Part shown: positions 9,117-18,506 of the stretch, in pieces
Layout: each line of letters opens with the position of its first letter
Position numbering within the stretch: position 1 is the first letter of the stretch
Assembly (NCBI GenBank): GCA_963729625.1
Contig: CAVSOU010000007.1
Coordinates: 32,001-96,000 of the forward strand
DNA from: an uncultured bacterium
GTDB lineage: Bacteria; Chloroflexota; UBA5177; JANWHV01
Direction of reading: 5' to 3'
DNA length: 64,000 bases
Notes under the pieces: model-generated
What the model was told of the DNA's origin: nothing
The model's input: the letters and a program-made list of their open reading frames with translations, nothing else
Databases searched by the model: none
Position numbers and translations under genes: made by a program

Positions 9117-10646
9117 ATGGCCAGCGAGACGCCGCTCTTCGTGCTCCACGTGATTGGCCTCGCCGGGTTCCTTTGGCTGGGCCTGTATGTCGTAGCGCGC
9201 GGGCAACGCAGCACTGTGTCTGTGCTCACCGGCAGCACGGCGCTTGCCACGGCCCTGTTCTTCCTCTATGGGAGCGTGGAAGAGGCGCTACACGATGGAC
9301 CTGCCAGCGTATGGCTGACACTGGACCGGTTTGGCTGGTTCTGCGATGTGCTTCCCATCACGCTCTGGCTCCACTTGAGTCTCTGTCTGAATCCGCACGC
9401 CGTGTCAGGGCGCTGGCGGCAACCCCTCCTCTGGGCCAACTATAGCGCTGCGGCATTGATCGTGATCCTGGGCACGGGTACCAACCTGGTGCGCGACTAT
9501 ATCGCAATCCACCACGATCCGGCTGGACCCCTCTATGGGCTGTACACCGGCTACCTGCTGATTTGCACCGGCCTCGCGGCAATCAACTTGGTTGCCCTAC
9601 TGCGCGTCACCGCGACCCACCACCAGGAGACCGCAGCGCCGTCACTGACGCCTGTATCTGCCCTGGAGGCACGGCTGCTGGTGGGAGGCGCGCTCTGCTT
9701 TCTGGTCGGCAGCGGCTATGAGTCGCTGCGCGAACTGCAACACGCTGCCTGGCCCGAGTTTGTTACCTACCTGCTGTTGCTGACCGGTCTGGGGGCAGTC
9801 CTGGCGACCGTGGCAGTGCGCAGTGCCCTGCTGCTGGGGATAGATGTGCGCCGCGATTTCCTCTACAGTGCCACGGTGCTGGTTGCCCTCCTGGCGGCAT
9901 TGCTGGGCCTTGCCGGAGGCCTGATTGGCTTCGACGACGCACGCGGCCGCTGGCTCATCATCGGGCTGCTCGCGGTGATCACGCCGTTCAATCCGCTCTC
10001 CGACCGCGTGCGCGAATGGCTGGACAGAGTGTTCTTCACCGACGCTGTGCGCGAGGAGCGCGCGGCAGCACGCGCCTACATCGGGGCCTTGGCCACGCCG
10101 CCGGCTGGGCCCAGCCCGGAGCTGGCCACCTGCAAGCAGTTCAACGACGCCGTGCGCCGTGCGCTGACCCACCTGACCGATCCGACCAGAATGGCTACCA
10201 GTTCGCTGCTCAACCTCACGAGCGTCGCACGCGCCGTGCAGGACCACGCGCTGGAGGACAATCGACTTAATCGCGCGGCAATGCTCGCGGAGACCTTAAA
10301 GGACCTCCTTGAGACGCTCAAGCCCGCCGACGAAAGGCACGGCGTCGTGGCCGAGGCTGCCCGTTTCTATAACTGCCTGTACTACCCATACGTGCGGGGT
10401 ATCGGCCGCCGCCGCTGGCCAGGAGTGCTGCGCCAGCTCCAGGAACGGCGGCAACGAGAAGGCGGGCCGCGAACCGACCTGGAGCGGGTAGTGGAGTGGC
10501 TGCTGCAACTGGATGAGGCCACCTTCCACAAGTGGCAGCGGCGTGCCTCGGATACTCTCGCGGCGGCCCTGCGGGAGCGTGAGCGCGCGGCAGGGGGCCG
10601 GGCGCCGGCAGAGTCCCTGTCCGAGGCCCCCGTATCCCGACAGTAG
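9117..10646 (+). CDS. Multi-TM sensor-like protein (HisKA_7TM-like N-terminus) with a cytoplasmic C-terminal domain and no kinase
   Basis: About 9 hydrophobic segments followed by a ~200-aa soluble helical domain; no H-box or HATPase; GAGGG upstream of the ATG at 9117. Confidence 0.75.
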   Translation: MASETPLFVLHVIGLAGFLWLGLYVVARGQRSTVSVLTGSTALATALFFLYGSVEEALHDGPASVWLTLDRFGWFCDVLPITLWLHLSLCLNPHAVSGRWRQPLLWANYSAAALIVILGTGTNLVRDYIAIHHDPAGPLYGLYTGYLLICTGLAAINLVALLRVTATHHQETAAPSLTPVSALEARLLVGGALCFLVGSGYESLRELQHAAWPEFVTYLLLLTGLGAVLATVAVRSALLLGIDVRRDFLYSATVLVALLAALLGLAGGLIGFDDARGRWLIIGLLAVITPFNPLSDRVREWLDRVFFTDAVREERAAARAYIGALATPPAGPSPELATCKQFNDAVRRALTHLTDPTRMATSSLLNLTSVARAVQDHALEDNRLNRAAMLAETLKDLLETLKPADERHGVVAEAARFYNCLYYPYVRGIGRRRWPGVLRQLQERRQREGGPRTDLERVVEWLLQLDEATFHKWQRRASDTLAAALRERERAAGGRAPAESLSEAPVSRQ

Positions 10647-10717
10647 TGCCGGCCTGACAACCCGGGCGCGCAGGCTAGCGCGTATACCCCTGAAGCTGGC
10701 GGCTACCTCCAGCAGGA

Positions 10718-12040
10718 CTATGTACCATACGCGCCTTCGGCAGTACGGGTATCGCGCTGAACGTGACGCAGGCCGAGTAGGCAGACGATACCGGCGGCCA
10801 GTATCACTGGCGGCAGGGTGAACCCCAACGCATCGGTCAGATGGTGGCCGAGTGTATCCGCGTGCCCCGCGCCGATCAGATCGGAGAGGCCGCCCACCAG
10901 CGATGGGGAGAAGGCATCACCCAGCACATGCGCGGTGACGAGCGAGACGGCTACCGCGACAGCGCGCAATTCTGGCCGCACCACGTCCTGCATCAAGGCG
11001 CTCATCGGCCCGTTGTAGGCCTGCAGGCAAGTGCCGGCGAGGAAGAACAGCGGCAACAAGACGGCAAGGCTGCCGGCAAGGAGTGAGAAGACCAGCAGGG
11101 GGGCGCTGAGCAGGAAGGCCCAGGCAGTGACCAGGAGACGCGCGGAGGGGAAACGCGGTAGCAGCCGATCGGCGAGCCAGCCGCCGCCGAGTGTGCCGGC
11201 AATCCCGGCCAAGACCAGCACGCCGCCGCTGATCAACCCCGCTGTTCCCGAGGACATCTGGAACCGCCGCTGGAGCAAGGTGGGAAACCACAGCACCGCC
11301 GCACCGAGCACGAAGAAATTCAAAGTCTGCGCGGCCACCGCAAAGCGCATAGAGCGCACCTCGAGGACGCGACGCACGGCCGTCAAGTATGGCGGAGCGG
11401 TCATTGCGGGCGTGCGCGCAGGTTCAACTGTCTCGCCGCCGCGTCGAGGCTCGCGGATGCGAAAAGCCAGCAGGGTGCAAACGGCTCCGGGGATTACGGT
11501 GAAGTAGAATGCCCAACGCCAGCCCCAGTGGTCGGCGATCACGCCTCCGGCGGCAAACCCGACTGCTACGCCCAGGCTGGCGCCCACGTTCCACACGCCA
11601 AGCATCCAGGCCCGTTTCTCCTTGGGAAAGAAGTCGACCAACAGCGAGGTGCCGGCCGGATAGTAGCCTGCCTCACCGACGCCGACGGCCGCACGGGCCG
11701 CGAACAGCGCGAGGAAGTTGGCCGCGGCACCGGTCAGGAGCGTGGCCAAGCTCCACAAGCCAACACCGACAGCCACCACATTCTTCCGGATACCGCGATC
11801 CGCCCAGAGGCCAAATGGCAGTGCCGCAACGGCGTAGACAAGGGTAAAGGCCGTGGCGAGCAATCCTGACTGAAAGTCACTGTTATGGAACTCTTTCTGA
11901 ATGTTGGAAAGGGCAGAGGGCAGGATGAAGCGGTCCATGTAGTTGAGAAAGTTGATGGCAAACATAATCCACAACACATGCGATGCATAGGAGCGAGCAT
12001 GTGATGGCGCGGCGTGCCGGGCTCGAAAGGCAATGTCCAC
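10718..12040 (-). CDS. MFS transporter (spinster-like)
   Basis: INFLNYMDRF, GLWADRGIRK and RAAVGVGEA motifs; 12 TM segments; GTG at 12040 with GAGGAGGG RBS. Confidence 0.92.
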   Translation of the reverse strand: MDIAFRARHAAPSHARSYASHVLWIMFAINFLNYMDRFILPSALSNIQKEFHNSDFQSGLLATAFTLVYAVAALPFGLWADRGIRKNVVAVGVGLWSLATLLTGAAANFLALFAARAAVGVGEAGYYPAGTSLLVDFFPKEKRAWMLGVWNVGASLGVAVGFAAGGVIADHWGWRWAFYFTVIPGAVCTLLAFRIREPRRGGETVEPARTPAMTAPPYLTAVRRVLEVRSMRFAVAAQTLNFFVLGAAVLWFPTLLQRRFQMSSGTAGLISGGVLVLAGIAGTLGGGWLADRLLPRFPSARLLVTAWAFLLSAPLLVFSLLAGSLAVLLPLFFLAGTCLQAYNGPMSALMQDVVRPELRAVAVAVSLVTAHVLGDAFSPSLVGGLSDLIGAGHADTLGHHLTDALGFTLPPVILAAGIVCLLGLRHVQRDTRTAEGAYGT

Positions 12041-12317
12041 GGGACGACCCTCCTCGATCACTCCAAGTTGCTTCCGTGTTACACCCGCATACTGGCACGG
12101 AATGGCTGTCAGACACAGAGCGAACACTGTAAAAAACTGTCAACGAGCGTTGGCTGCCACCATCACGCGGGCGCTACGTACCCTTGTAATCCGGCAAGCT
12201 GGCCGGCTTGTCTTTCTCTGTGCCTGACACCGCTCGCGCGAAGTCGTCTCGGAGCGGTGGCCCTTGCACGTATGCTCGTTCTGTCTGTACTGAGTGTCTG
12301 CGAGAGGTTAGGCGTCG

Positions 12318-13017
12318 TCACGACGAACGAAGGAACCTGGCAACCTGCACCAGGCTCTCCTGACGACACATTCCCGTGGGAGCATCCAAAGGAAAGGAAG
12401 CAACCTGAAACGCAGTGGCCGGACGGCGGCGAATCGCCCGAGGTCTCCTCTCCCGACAGCCCGGCAGAGGCGACGGGAACGGCGTACGACAGCTGGCTCG
12501 GCGAGTGGGTGCCAGTCGCGCCTTGTCGACGCAGGGCAAGGAAACGAGCGCAAACTCAGCCTTTGAGTGCTCGGCAAAAACCCGCTCCCGGTTCCAGGAC
12601 TGTCCTGCCTGTGGCGTTGTTATCCCGCAGGCCGACGGCACGTGCCCAGGATGCCGCAGATCCATTGCATCACCACCTGCCGCAGAGGCCGCGCCTCGCC
12701 TGACTACGTGACAGGGTGCGACATTTTCGAGTCCGGCAAGGGCCTGGACATGCTGCAGCCCCACCATATCGACGCCACCCGAACACGTAGAGGTGATAGG
12801 CGCTTATGGGTCGTCCGACTGTCAGTCGCCGTCGTCGAGGACTCGCAGGATGGCCCTTACGTCGTCGCGCCCGCTGCGCCGGCCCTCCACCATAGCTTCC
12901 GATGCTGGCGGGAAGGCGCCTCCTTCTGCGCCGCGTGAGAACTGGCGGCGGTGCCGGGTACATGAATCACCTCCGTCTGGGCGACGCGGCAGCAAATCGG
13001 CAAGAAACTCGCCTAGG
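12318..13017 (+). pseudogene. Possible decayed gene with a zinc-ribbon (CPACG...CPGC) fragment
   Basis: Protein-like segments spread over three frames and interrupted by stops; no intact start. Confidence 0.3.
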
Positions 13018-13128
13018 TCGCTGCGAGGCGCCAGACTATGACCCGCAATTCTCGTGCTTGAGGCAGCAGAGATTGCCGCGACTGCGTTCCATGGGTGCAG
13101 GATGCGCCGGCCAAGGCACACATAAGAA

Positions 13129-13155
13129 TATGGCCCGCCGTTACGGCGGGCCATA
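13129..13155 (-). terminator. Intrinsic terminator of the S1-domain gene
   Basis: TATGGCCCGCCG-tta-CGGCGGGCCATA stem followed by TTCTT on the minus strand. Confidence 0.7.
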
Positions 13156-13186
13156 GCACCTTCTGGAAACGACTCGAAGCGGCGCG

Positions 13187-13987
13187 CTACTTGCTCGCAT
13201 CCTTTCGGCCAAAGCGAGCAACCAATTCCTCGGCCGTTGTCGGAGCGGGCTCCTCCTCAGAATCCTCAGAGTAGCTGTAGTAATTGCGCGGATCTCCACG
13301 TACGGCACGCCACTCCTCATCCGCGCTGTCGCGGCCACGACGAGTCCGCTCGCCGACCCTTTTGGGGCGATCCTCGTTCTTCGCCGTGAAGTTGCGATCG
13401 CCGCCCCGGAAACGCCGGTCAGGACGCTGCTCGGGAGTAGTCTCAGGCGTCCAGGAAGTCGTTTGTCCGGTGCTGCCGACAGGTCTCGGCGACCTGGGCG
13501 TGGTCAGAGCCGGTCGATCGCGCTGCAGCGGAGTTGCAGGACGCGGCTCACGCATGCTCAAGCTCACCCGTCCCCGATCCATGTCGACTTCAGCTACGCG
13601 GACGCGAACTACCTGACCGACCTGTACGACGTCCTCGACGCGTTCAACATAGCCGCCTGTACCCAATTGCGATACGTGAACGAGGCCGTCGACGCCACCA
13701 AGGTCTACGAATGCGCCAAAACCTGCTATTCCCGTGACTTTCCCCTCGCGCCACTCTCCGATGACGAGACCGGAAAGCGCTTCACGGCGCCGGCGCTCTC
13801 GTTCCTCTCGCGAGACGTATGGAGCACGCGGCAAAGGAGCACTGCGGTGCAGCGCCTGCGCTACCTGGGCCTGGTCACTTGAAGTTGCTTCCGATGGGGG
13901 GGTTGTGGTTTCCGCTGATACTGTAGGGTCGGACCCGGTCGCCTCGGGATTGTCACCTGGCTGATTGTTCATTTCCGGATTGGACAA
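13187..13987 (-). CDS. Single S1 RNA-binding domain protein with disordered termini
   Basis: GKVTGIAGFGAFVDLGGVDGLVHVSQL...RVSLSMRE; probable TTG start at 13987 after AAGGA (ORF open to 14026). Confidence 0.88.
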   Translation of the reverse strand: MSNPEMNNQPGDNPEATGSDPTVSAETTTPPSEATSSDQAQVAQALHRSAPLPRAPYVSREERERRRREALSGLVIGEWREGKVTGIAGFGAFVDLGGVDGLVHVSQLGTGGYVERVEDVVQVGQVVRVRVAEVDMDRGRVSLSMREPRPATPLQRDRPALTTPRSPRPVGSTGQTTSWTPETTPEQRPDRRFRGGDRNFTAKNEDRPKRVGERTRRGRDSADEEWRAVRGDPRNYYSYSEDSEEEPAPTTAEELVARFGRKDASK

Positions 13988-14124
13988 GTTCTTCCTTCTT
14001 TGCGCTGCCGCCTCAACACTCGACAAACGTCACTATCGACGAAAGGGGTGTATCATGCCCGCGCTTCAAGTAACGACACCAAGCGGTGATCCACACCCCA
14101 CCGAATCAAGGGACCACTTTCACG

Positions 14125-14135
14125 ATTATACCACA
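14125..14135 (-). promoter_or_regulatory. Extended -10 promoter for the S1-domain gene
   Basis: TGTGGTATAAT on the minus strand. Confidence 0.65.
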
Positions 14136-14509
14136 GGAGTAGGCTCAAATGTCGAGATCCCGCTCCTGATTCGCGAAGGCCGACTGCTGCACAAGTTTGC
14201 GCTCCTGACCCCTGTCAGCCGACCCCGCCTGAGGGCGATTGCGATCCACACGGCGCGCAATGCGCCGGGTAGGCGGTCGCACATGCCACGTGCCGCGCAG
14301 ACCGCCTTCGTCGCGTGCCGGCGCCGCCAAACGTACTAGTACGTGCCCTCAGGAATCTTGCCGAAAGTACGCTATCGGAATAGCTGCCGGATCCAGTACT
14401 CTATGGACTGAAATGCGGTTGGGCTAGGCGATTTGTAGCGGGTGAAGCGGCGACCGGAGCCGTTACAATGGAACCGTGGCGTTTTAGCATAGGACTTTGA
14501 GGCTCTACA

Positions 14510-16570
14510 GTGGTTGAGACATCTCAGGTCGGTTCGTTGGCTGCGCTGCCGGCGCCAATCGAACGACTGTCAGTTTTAGCGCGAAATCTCTGGTGGTGTT
14601 GGAACCCGAAAGCCGAGCTGCTGTTTAGCTCGCTCGACGCCCAAGCGTGGGACGCCATGGCACACAATCCCATCAGAGTGCTGCGATCGATGACCGCGCA
14701 ACGACTAGAAGCGCTCGCCGGCGACCCCATCTTTATGTCGCTCTACAACGGTGTCATGGTCGATTTCGACAAGTACATGCAGTCGCTGCCGAATGCGTGG
14801 TTTCCGAGACGATATCGGCGATCCAAGCTGCTCGTCGCGTACTTCTGCGCCGAGTTTGGATTTCACGAGTCGATGCCGGTCTACTCTGGAGGACTCGGCA
14901 TTCTGGCCGGAGACCACTGCAAGACCGCCAGCGACATCGGATTGCCTTTCGTCGGTGTCGGCCTCTGGTACACCCAGGGATACTTCCGACAGATCATCGA
15001 TGCAACTGGTCAGCAAATAGCTGCGCCCGACCACGCGGGTCAGGACGACGTCCCGCTTCAATTCGCAGGGCCGAATGGCGAAGATATCGTAATCGAAGTC
15101 CCTTGCGCCGAGAGGTCGGTCTTCGCCCGTGTCTGGCGATTGCAGGTCGGGCGTATCGCGGTGTATCTCCTTGACACCGATGTGACGCAGAATTCTCCAG
15201 CGGATCGGGTGCTGTGCTCGCGCCTTTACGGCGGGGACAAAGAAACGCGCATCGCCCAGGAGGTCATACTCGGCGTGGGTGGTGTGCTCGCCCTGCGAGC
15301 ACTCGGCATCGAGCCGACCCGCTGGCATATGAACGAGGGCCACGCCGGATTCATGGCACTGGAGAGGATCCGCGAAATGGTGCGCGATGGTGTGGCGCCC
15401 CAGGAGGCATTGCGCCTCGAAACCGCGTCCACCCTGTTCACAACCCACACGCCCGTTCCCGCCGGGAATGAAGTGTTCACCACAAACCTCGTTCTCCAGT
15501 ACCTTCCGGGCCTGCCCGAAGCCATGGGGCTAACCACGGAGCAGTTTCTTGCCCTGGCAGAGGAGGCGGGCGCCCCGCCTGGCCAGTTCGCAATGACCCC
15601 GCTGGCAATCCGGCTCTCGCAACACGCAAACGGCGTCAGCAAGCTGCATGGCGCGGTTGCTCGTTCGATGTGGGCAAAGCAGTTCCCTGCCCTGGCGATC
15701 GACGACGTACCGATCACATCGGTGACAAACGGCGTGCACGTAGGCACGTGGTTGGCGTCCGAATTGCGAGACCTTTTCACGCGCCACTTCGGCGCGGATT
15801 GGATGCGCGACGTCGACGACCCCGCCGTGTGGGCGAAGCTTGCGACCGTGGCAGACGACGAGCTGTGGTCGGTCCATGTTGCTCTCAAGCAGCGCCTGAT
15901 TGCAGCTGCCACTGCGCTTCAACCCACGTTACGCCCTCTCAATCCTGCCGCGCTAACCATCGGCTTTGCCAGGCGCTTCGCGACATACAAGCGGGCCACA
16001 TTGTTCTTTCACGATAACGCGCGCGCGACTAAGATTCTGAATCACGCCGATCGTCCGGTTCAGCTCGTGTTCGCCGGCAAAGCTCACCCCGCGGATGGAG
16101 GCGGCCAGTGGCTGATCAAGACGCTTTCCGGCTTGTCCCATTCCGAGGACCTGGCCAGTAAAGTCGTATTGCTACCAGGCTACGACATGGGCCTTGCCCG
16201 CGTCCTGGTGCAAGGCGTGGATGTCTGGCTGAACAACCCTGAGCGCCCGCAGGAAGCAAGCGGCACAAGTGGCCAGAAGGCGGCACTAAACGGCATTCCA
16301 AACTGCAGCATCCGCGACGGATGGTGGGACGAGGGATACAACGGGAAGAACGGCTGGGCATTCGGCGGCGAAGTCGGCAACGACGATGTGGACAGCTCTG
16401 AGCTCTACGACGTGCTGGAGAACCAGGTTATCCCCGCGTTCTATGACAGAAGGCGCACCGGCCTTCCGAAGCGATGGATCGCGATCATGAAGGAATCAAT
16501 CAGAACCTGTGCACCAGCATTCAGTTCGCAGCGGATGCTGAAGGAGTACACCGAGCGCCTGTATTTGTAG
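14510..16570 (+). CDS. glgP: Alpha-glucan (glycogen) phosphorylase
   Basis: YSGGLGILAGDH, HMNEGH, FARRFATYKRA, GKAHPAD and EASGTSGQK (PLP lysine) motifs. Confidence 0.97.
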   Translation: MVETSQVGSLAALPAPIERLSVLARNLWWCWNPKAELLFSSLDAQAWDAMAHNPIRVLRSMTAQRLEALAGDPIFMSLYNGVMVDFDKYMQSLPNAWFPRRYRRSKLLVAYFCAEFGFHESMPVYSGGLGILAGDHCKTASDIGLPFVGVGLWYTQGYFRQIIDATGQQIAAPDHAGQDDVPLQFAGPNGEDIVIEVPCAERSVFARVWRLQVGRIAVYLLDTDVTQNSPADRVLCSRLYGGDKETRIAQEVILGVGGVLALRALGIEPTRWHMNEGHAGFMALERIREMVRDGVAPQEALRLETASTLFTTHTPVPAGNEVFTTNLVLQYLPGLPEAMGLTTEQFLALAEEAGAPPGQFAMTPLAIRLSQHANGVSKLHGAVARSMWAKQFPALAIDDVPITSVTNGVHVGTWLASELRDLFTRHFGADWMRDVDDPAVWAKLATVADDELWSVHVALKQRLIAAATALQPTLRPLNPAALTIGFARRFATYKRATLFFHDNARATKILNHADRPVQLVFAGKAHPADGGGQWLIKTLSGLSHSEDLASKVVLLPGYDMGLARVLVQGVDVWLNNPERPQEASGTSGQKAALNGIPNCSIRDGWWDEGYNGKNGWAFGGEVGNDDVDSSELYDVLENQVIPAFYDRRRTGLPKRWIAIMKESIRTCAPAFSSQRMLKEYTERLYL

Positions 16571-16601
16571 CAGCACCGCCATAGTGGCGTTGCCGGTATG
16601 C

Positions 16602-16634
16602 CGAAGGCCTGCACCCAAGCGGAGCAGGCCTTCG
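16602..16634. terminator. Hairpin between convergent glgP and infC
   Basis: CGAAGGCCTGC...GCAGGCCTTCG inverted repeat; no strong U-tract. Confidence 0.5.
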
Positions 16635-16670
16635 CGGAATCGTCCCTGGCGGACACGATAGTCGACGTAT

Positions 16671-17294
16671 CTACATGCTGGGCGAAACCGCCTCGACCTG
16701 CGGACTGGAGGTCTCGCTATGAGCGGCTGCCACTGCCGGCTTGGGCTTCTTGACCGCCAGGGCGCTTGGCGCAAGCACAAGAGTCATCTGGCGACCTTCT
16801 GCCAAAACGTCGCGCTCAATCCGCCCCACGTCGCCAATCTTCGACGCCATCTCGACCAGAACCTTACGCCCCCAATCGGGATGGGCCTGCTCACGCCCTC
16901 GCATGCGCAGTGTTAATTGCACGCGGTCCCCTTCTTGGAGCCACTTGGTAATCGCGCGTAACTTCGTCTCAAGGTCGTGCGGATCGGTCTTGGGGCGAAC
17001 CCGCACTTCCTTGATCACGACTTTGGTTTGGTTCTTGCGAGCCTCGCGCTCTTTGCGAGACTGCTCGTACTGCTGCCGGCCGTAGTCGAGGATCCTGCAG
17101 ACAGGGGGCTGTGCGAGGGGCGAGACCTCCACGAGGTCCAGATTGTGCTCACGAGCGATCCGCAGGGCGTCCACCACCGGCATCTGCCCGAGCTGGCTAC
17201 CATCAGAGTCGATGACCAGCACCACCCGAGCGCGGATCTGTTCATTGATGCGGACCTGATTCCGTGGTCCGCGACGATCTTCGCTCGGCCTCAC
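16671..17294 (-). CDS. infC: Translation initiation factor IF-3
   Basis: RINEQIRA, LDLVEVSP..PPVCRILDYG, KEVRVRPK and MRGRE motifs; GTGA overlap with the upstream gene. Confidence 0.96.
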   Translation of the reverse strand: MRPSEDRRGPRNQVRINEQIRARVVLVIDSDGSQLGQMPVVDALRIAREHNLDLVEVSPLAQPPVCRILDYGRQQYEQSRKEREARKNQTKVVIKEVRVRPKTDPHDLETKLRAITKWLQEGDRVQLTLRMRGREQAHPDWGRKVLVEMASKIGDVGRIERDVLAEGRQMTLVLAPSALAVKKPKPAVAAAHSETSSPQVEAVSPSM

Positions 17295-17650
17295 CGGCTA
17301 CCGCTGAAAGACCCCGCCCTGATCTGGGCGAAGCAATCGCTGCAGTACACAGGCCGGTCGCCACGAGGAACAAAAGGTACCTGAGTGGGATTTCCACACT
17401 GGGCACACGTCGCCTCAGTCATCTGCCGAGGTCCGCGCTCGCGCTCATAACCGCCGCCATATCCACCACCCGAGTTACCATAGCTCGACCGCCCACCCTC
17501 GAGCCGACCAGACTTATAAATCCGCCGGCACTCTGGGCACCTACGCGGCGTATTCTCCAGCCCCTTGCTGGCATAGAACTCCTGCTCGCCAACTGTGAAC
17601 GTGAACGTGTTTCCACAGTCACGGCAGGTGAGTTCGCGGTCTTGAAACAT
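17291..17650 (-). CDS. Double zinc-ribbon protein (zf-trcl-like plus CxxC-x17-CxxC, Gly-rich linker)
   Basis: DRELTCRDCG..FTFTVGEQEFY..RCPECR and CAQCG..VPFVPRGDRPVYCSDCF; GAGGAG RBS. Confidence 0.93.
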   Translation of the reverse strand: MFQDRELTCRDCGNTFTFTVGEQEFYASKGLENTPRRCPECRRIYKSGRLEGGRSSYGNSGGGYGGGYERERGPRQMTEATCAQCGNPTQVPFVPRGDRPVYCSDCFAQIRAGSFSGSR

Positions 17651-17796
17651 GCAATGCTCCTCGTGCTTCCGACTTGGCTACCGCCTACTGAGCCTGGGCG
17701 TACCTCGAAATCGTCGATGCTGTCATCTACACCGGCTGGTGGAGGCCGGCAAAATGACAAACACTCCCCATTATTTCAGTCCCCAACTCACTAACC

Positions 17797-17824
17797 ATTA
17801 TACCACACTAGATTTGGCTTCCAA
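17797..17824 (-). promoter_or_regulatory. Sigma70-type promoter for the zinc-ribbon/infC operon
   Basis: TTGGAA-16 nt-TATAAT with extended TG (TGTGGTATAAT). Confidence 0.7.
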
Positions 17825-17870
17825 GAGTACTTCGAGTGAAAGAGGGGGCTCAAGCTGTGAAATCCGCTAC

Positions 17871-18500
17871 TCACACCTGACCATGCAGCGCCGTGGCGAT
17901 CTCTTCGCTGCTCATCGGCCCGAGATGCACCGTTGCAACTCGACCCGCCGGATCGATAACCAACGAAGTGGGAAGCGCCCCAATGTGGTATCGAGTCATA
18001 ACTGTCAGGTTCGAGTCAATCAATATCGGATACGATATATTCAAACGCTCCGCATAGTGGTTCACCACACTGGTCTGATCCAGATCGCCGTCGACACCCA
18101 ACACCATTGGCGCCGATCCTGCAGCTGGACCGCCCCGAGACTGCGCGGCAAACGCCCGTTCCAGCGCGGGCACTTCAGACTGGCAGGGAGGGCAGGTGAC
18201 GCCCCAAAAGTTCAGCAGAATCCATCGGCCACGAAGTCCGGACAACTTGACGGGACTGCCCCGAAGGTCATTCAGCACGAAGTCCGGCGCGGGCGCTCCA
18301 AGCGCGATGCCGGGGATTGACGATGTGTTGGGGGTATCCGACGTCGCTGGCCTCAGGAGCAACAGTGCCACGCCAAGCAGTCCAACCGCCGCGCACAGGC
18401 CGTACAGGTAACGCCGCACTGTGCGCGGCACCACCCTCCTGACCCCGTGCAACAGCGGCTCGCCGGCCGCGGTCGTGCTGTGCATGAGCAATCGCCCCAC
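17871..18500 (-). CDS. TlpA/ResA-family thiol-disulfide oxidoreductase
   Basis: N-terminal TM segment; APDFVL and LLNFWGVTCPPCQSE motifs. Confidence 0.9.
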   Translation of the reverse strand: MGRLLMHSTTAAGEPLLHGVRRVVPRTVRRYLYGLCAAVGLLGVALLLLRPATSDTPNTSSIPGIALGAPAPDFVLNDLRGSPVKLSGLRGRWILLNFWGVTCPPCQSEVPALERAFAAQSRGGPAAGSAPMVLGVDGDLDQTSVVNHYAERLNISYPILIDSNLTVMTRYHIGALPTSLVIDPAGRVATVHLGPMSSEEIATALHGQV

Positions 18501-18506
18501 TATCGC

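Noticed and set aside
12670-12963. Arg-rich minus-strand ORF with a GGAGGTGA RBS-like motif
   Set aside because: Composition is typical of a non-coding frame, RBS spacing is short, and it lies in a decayed region
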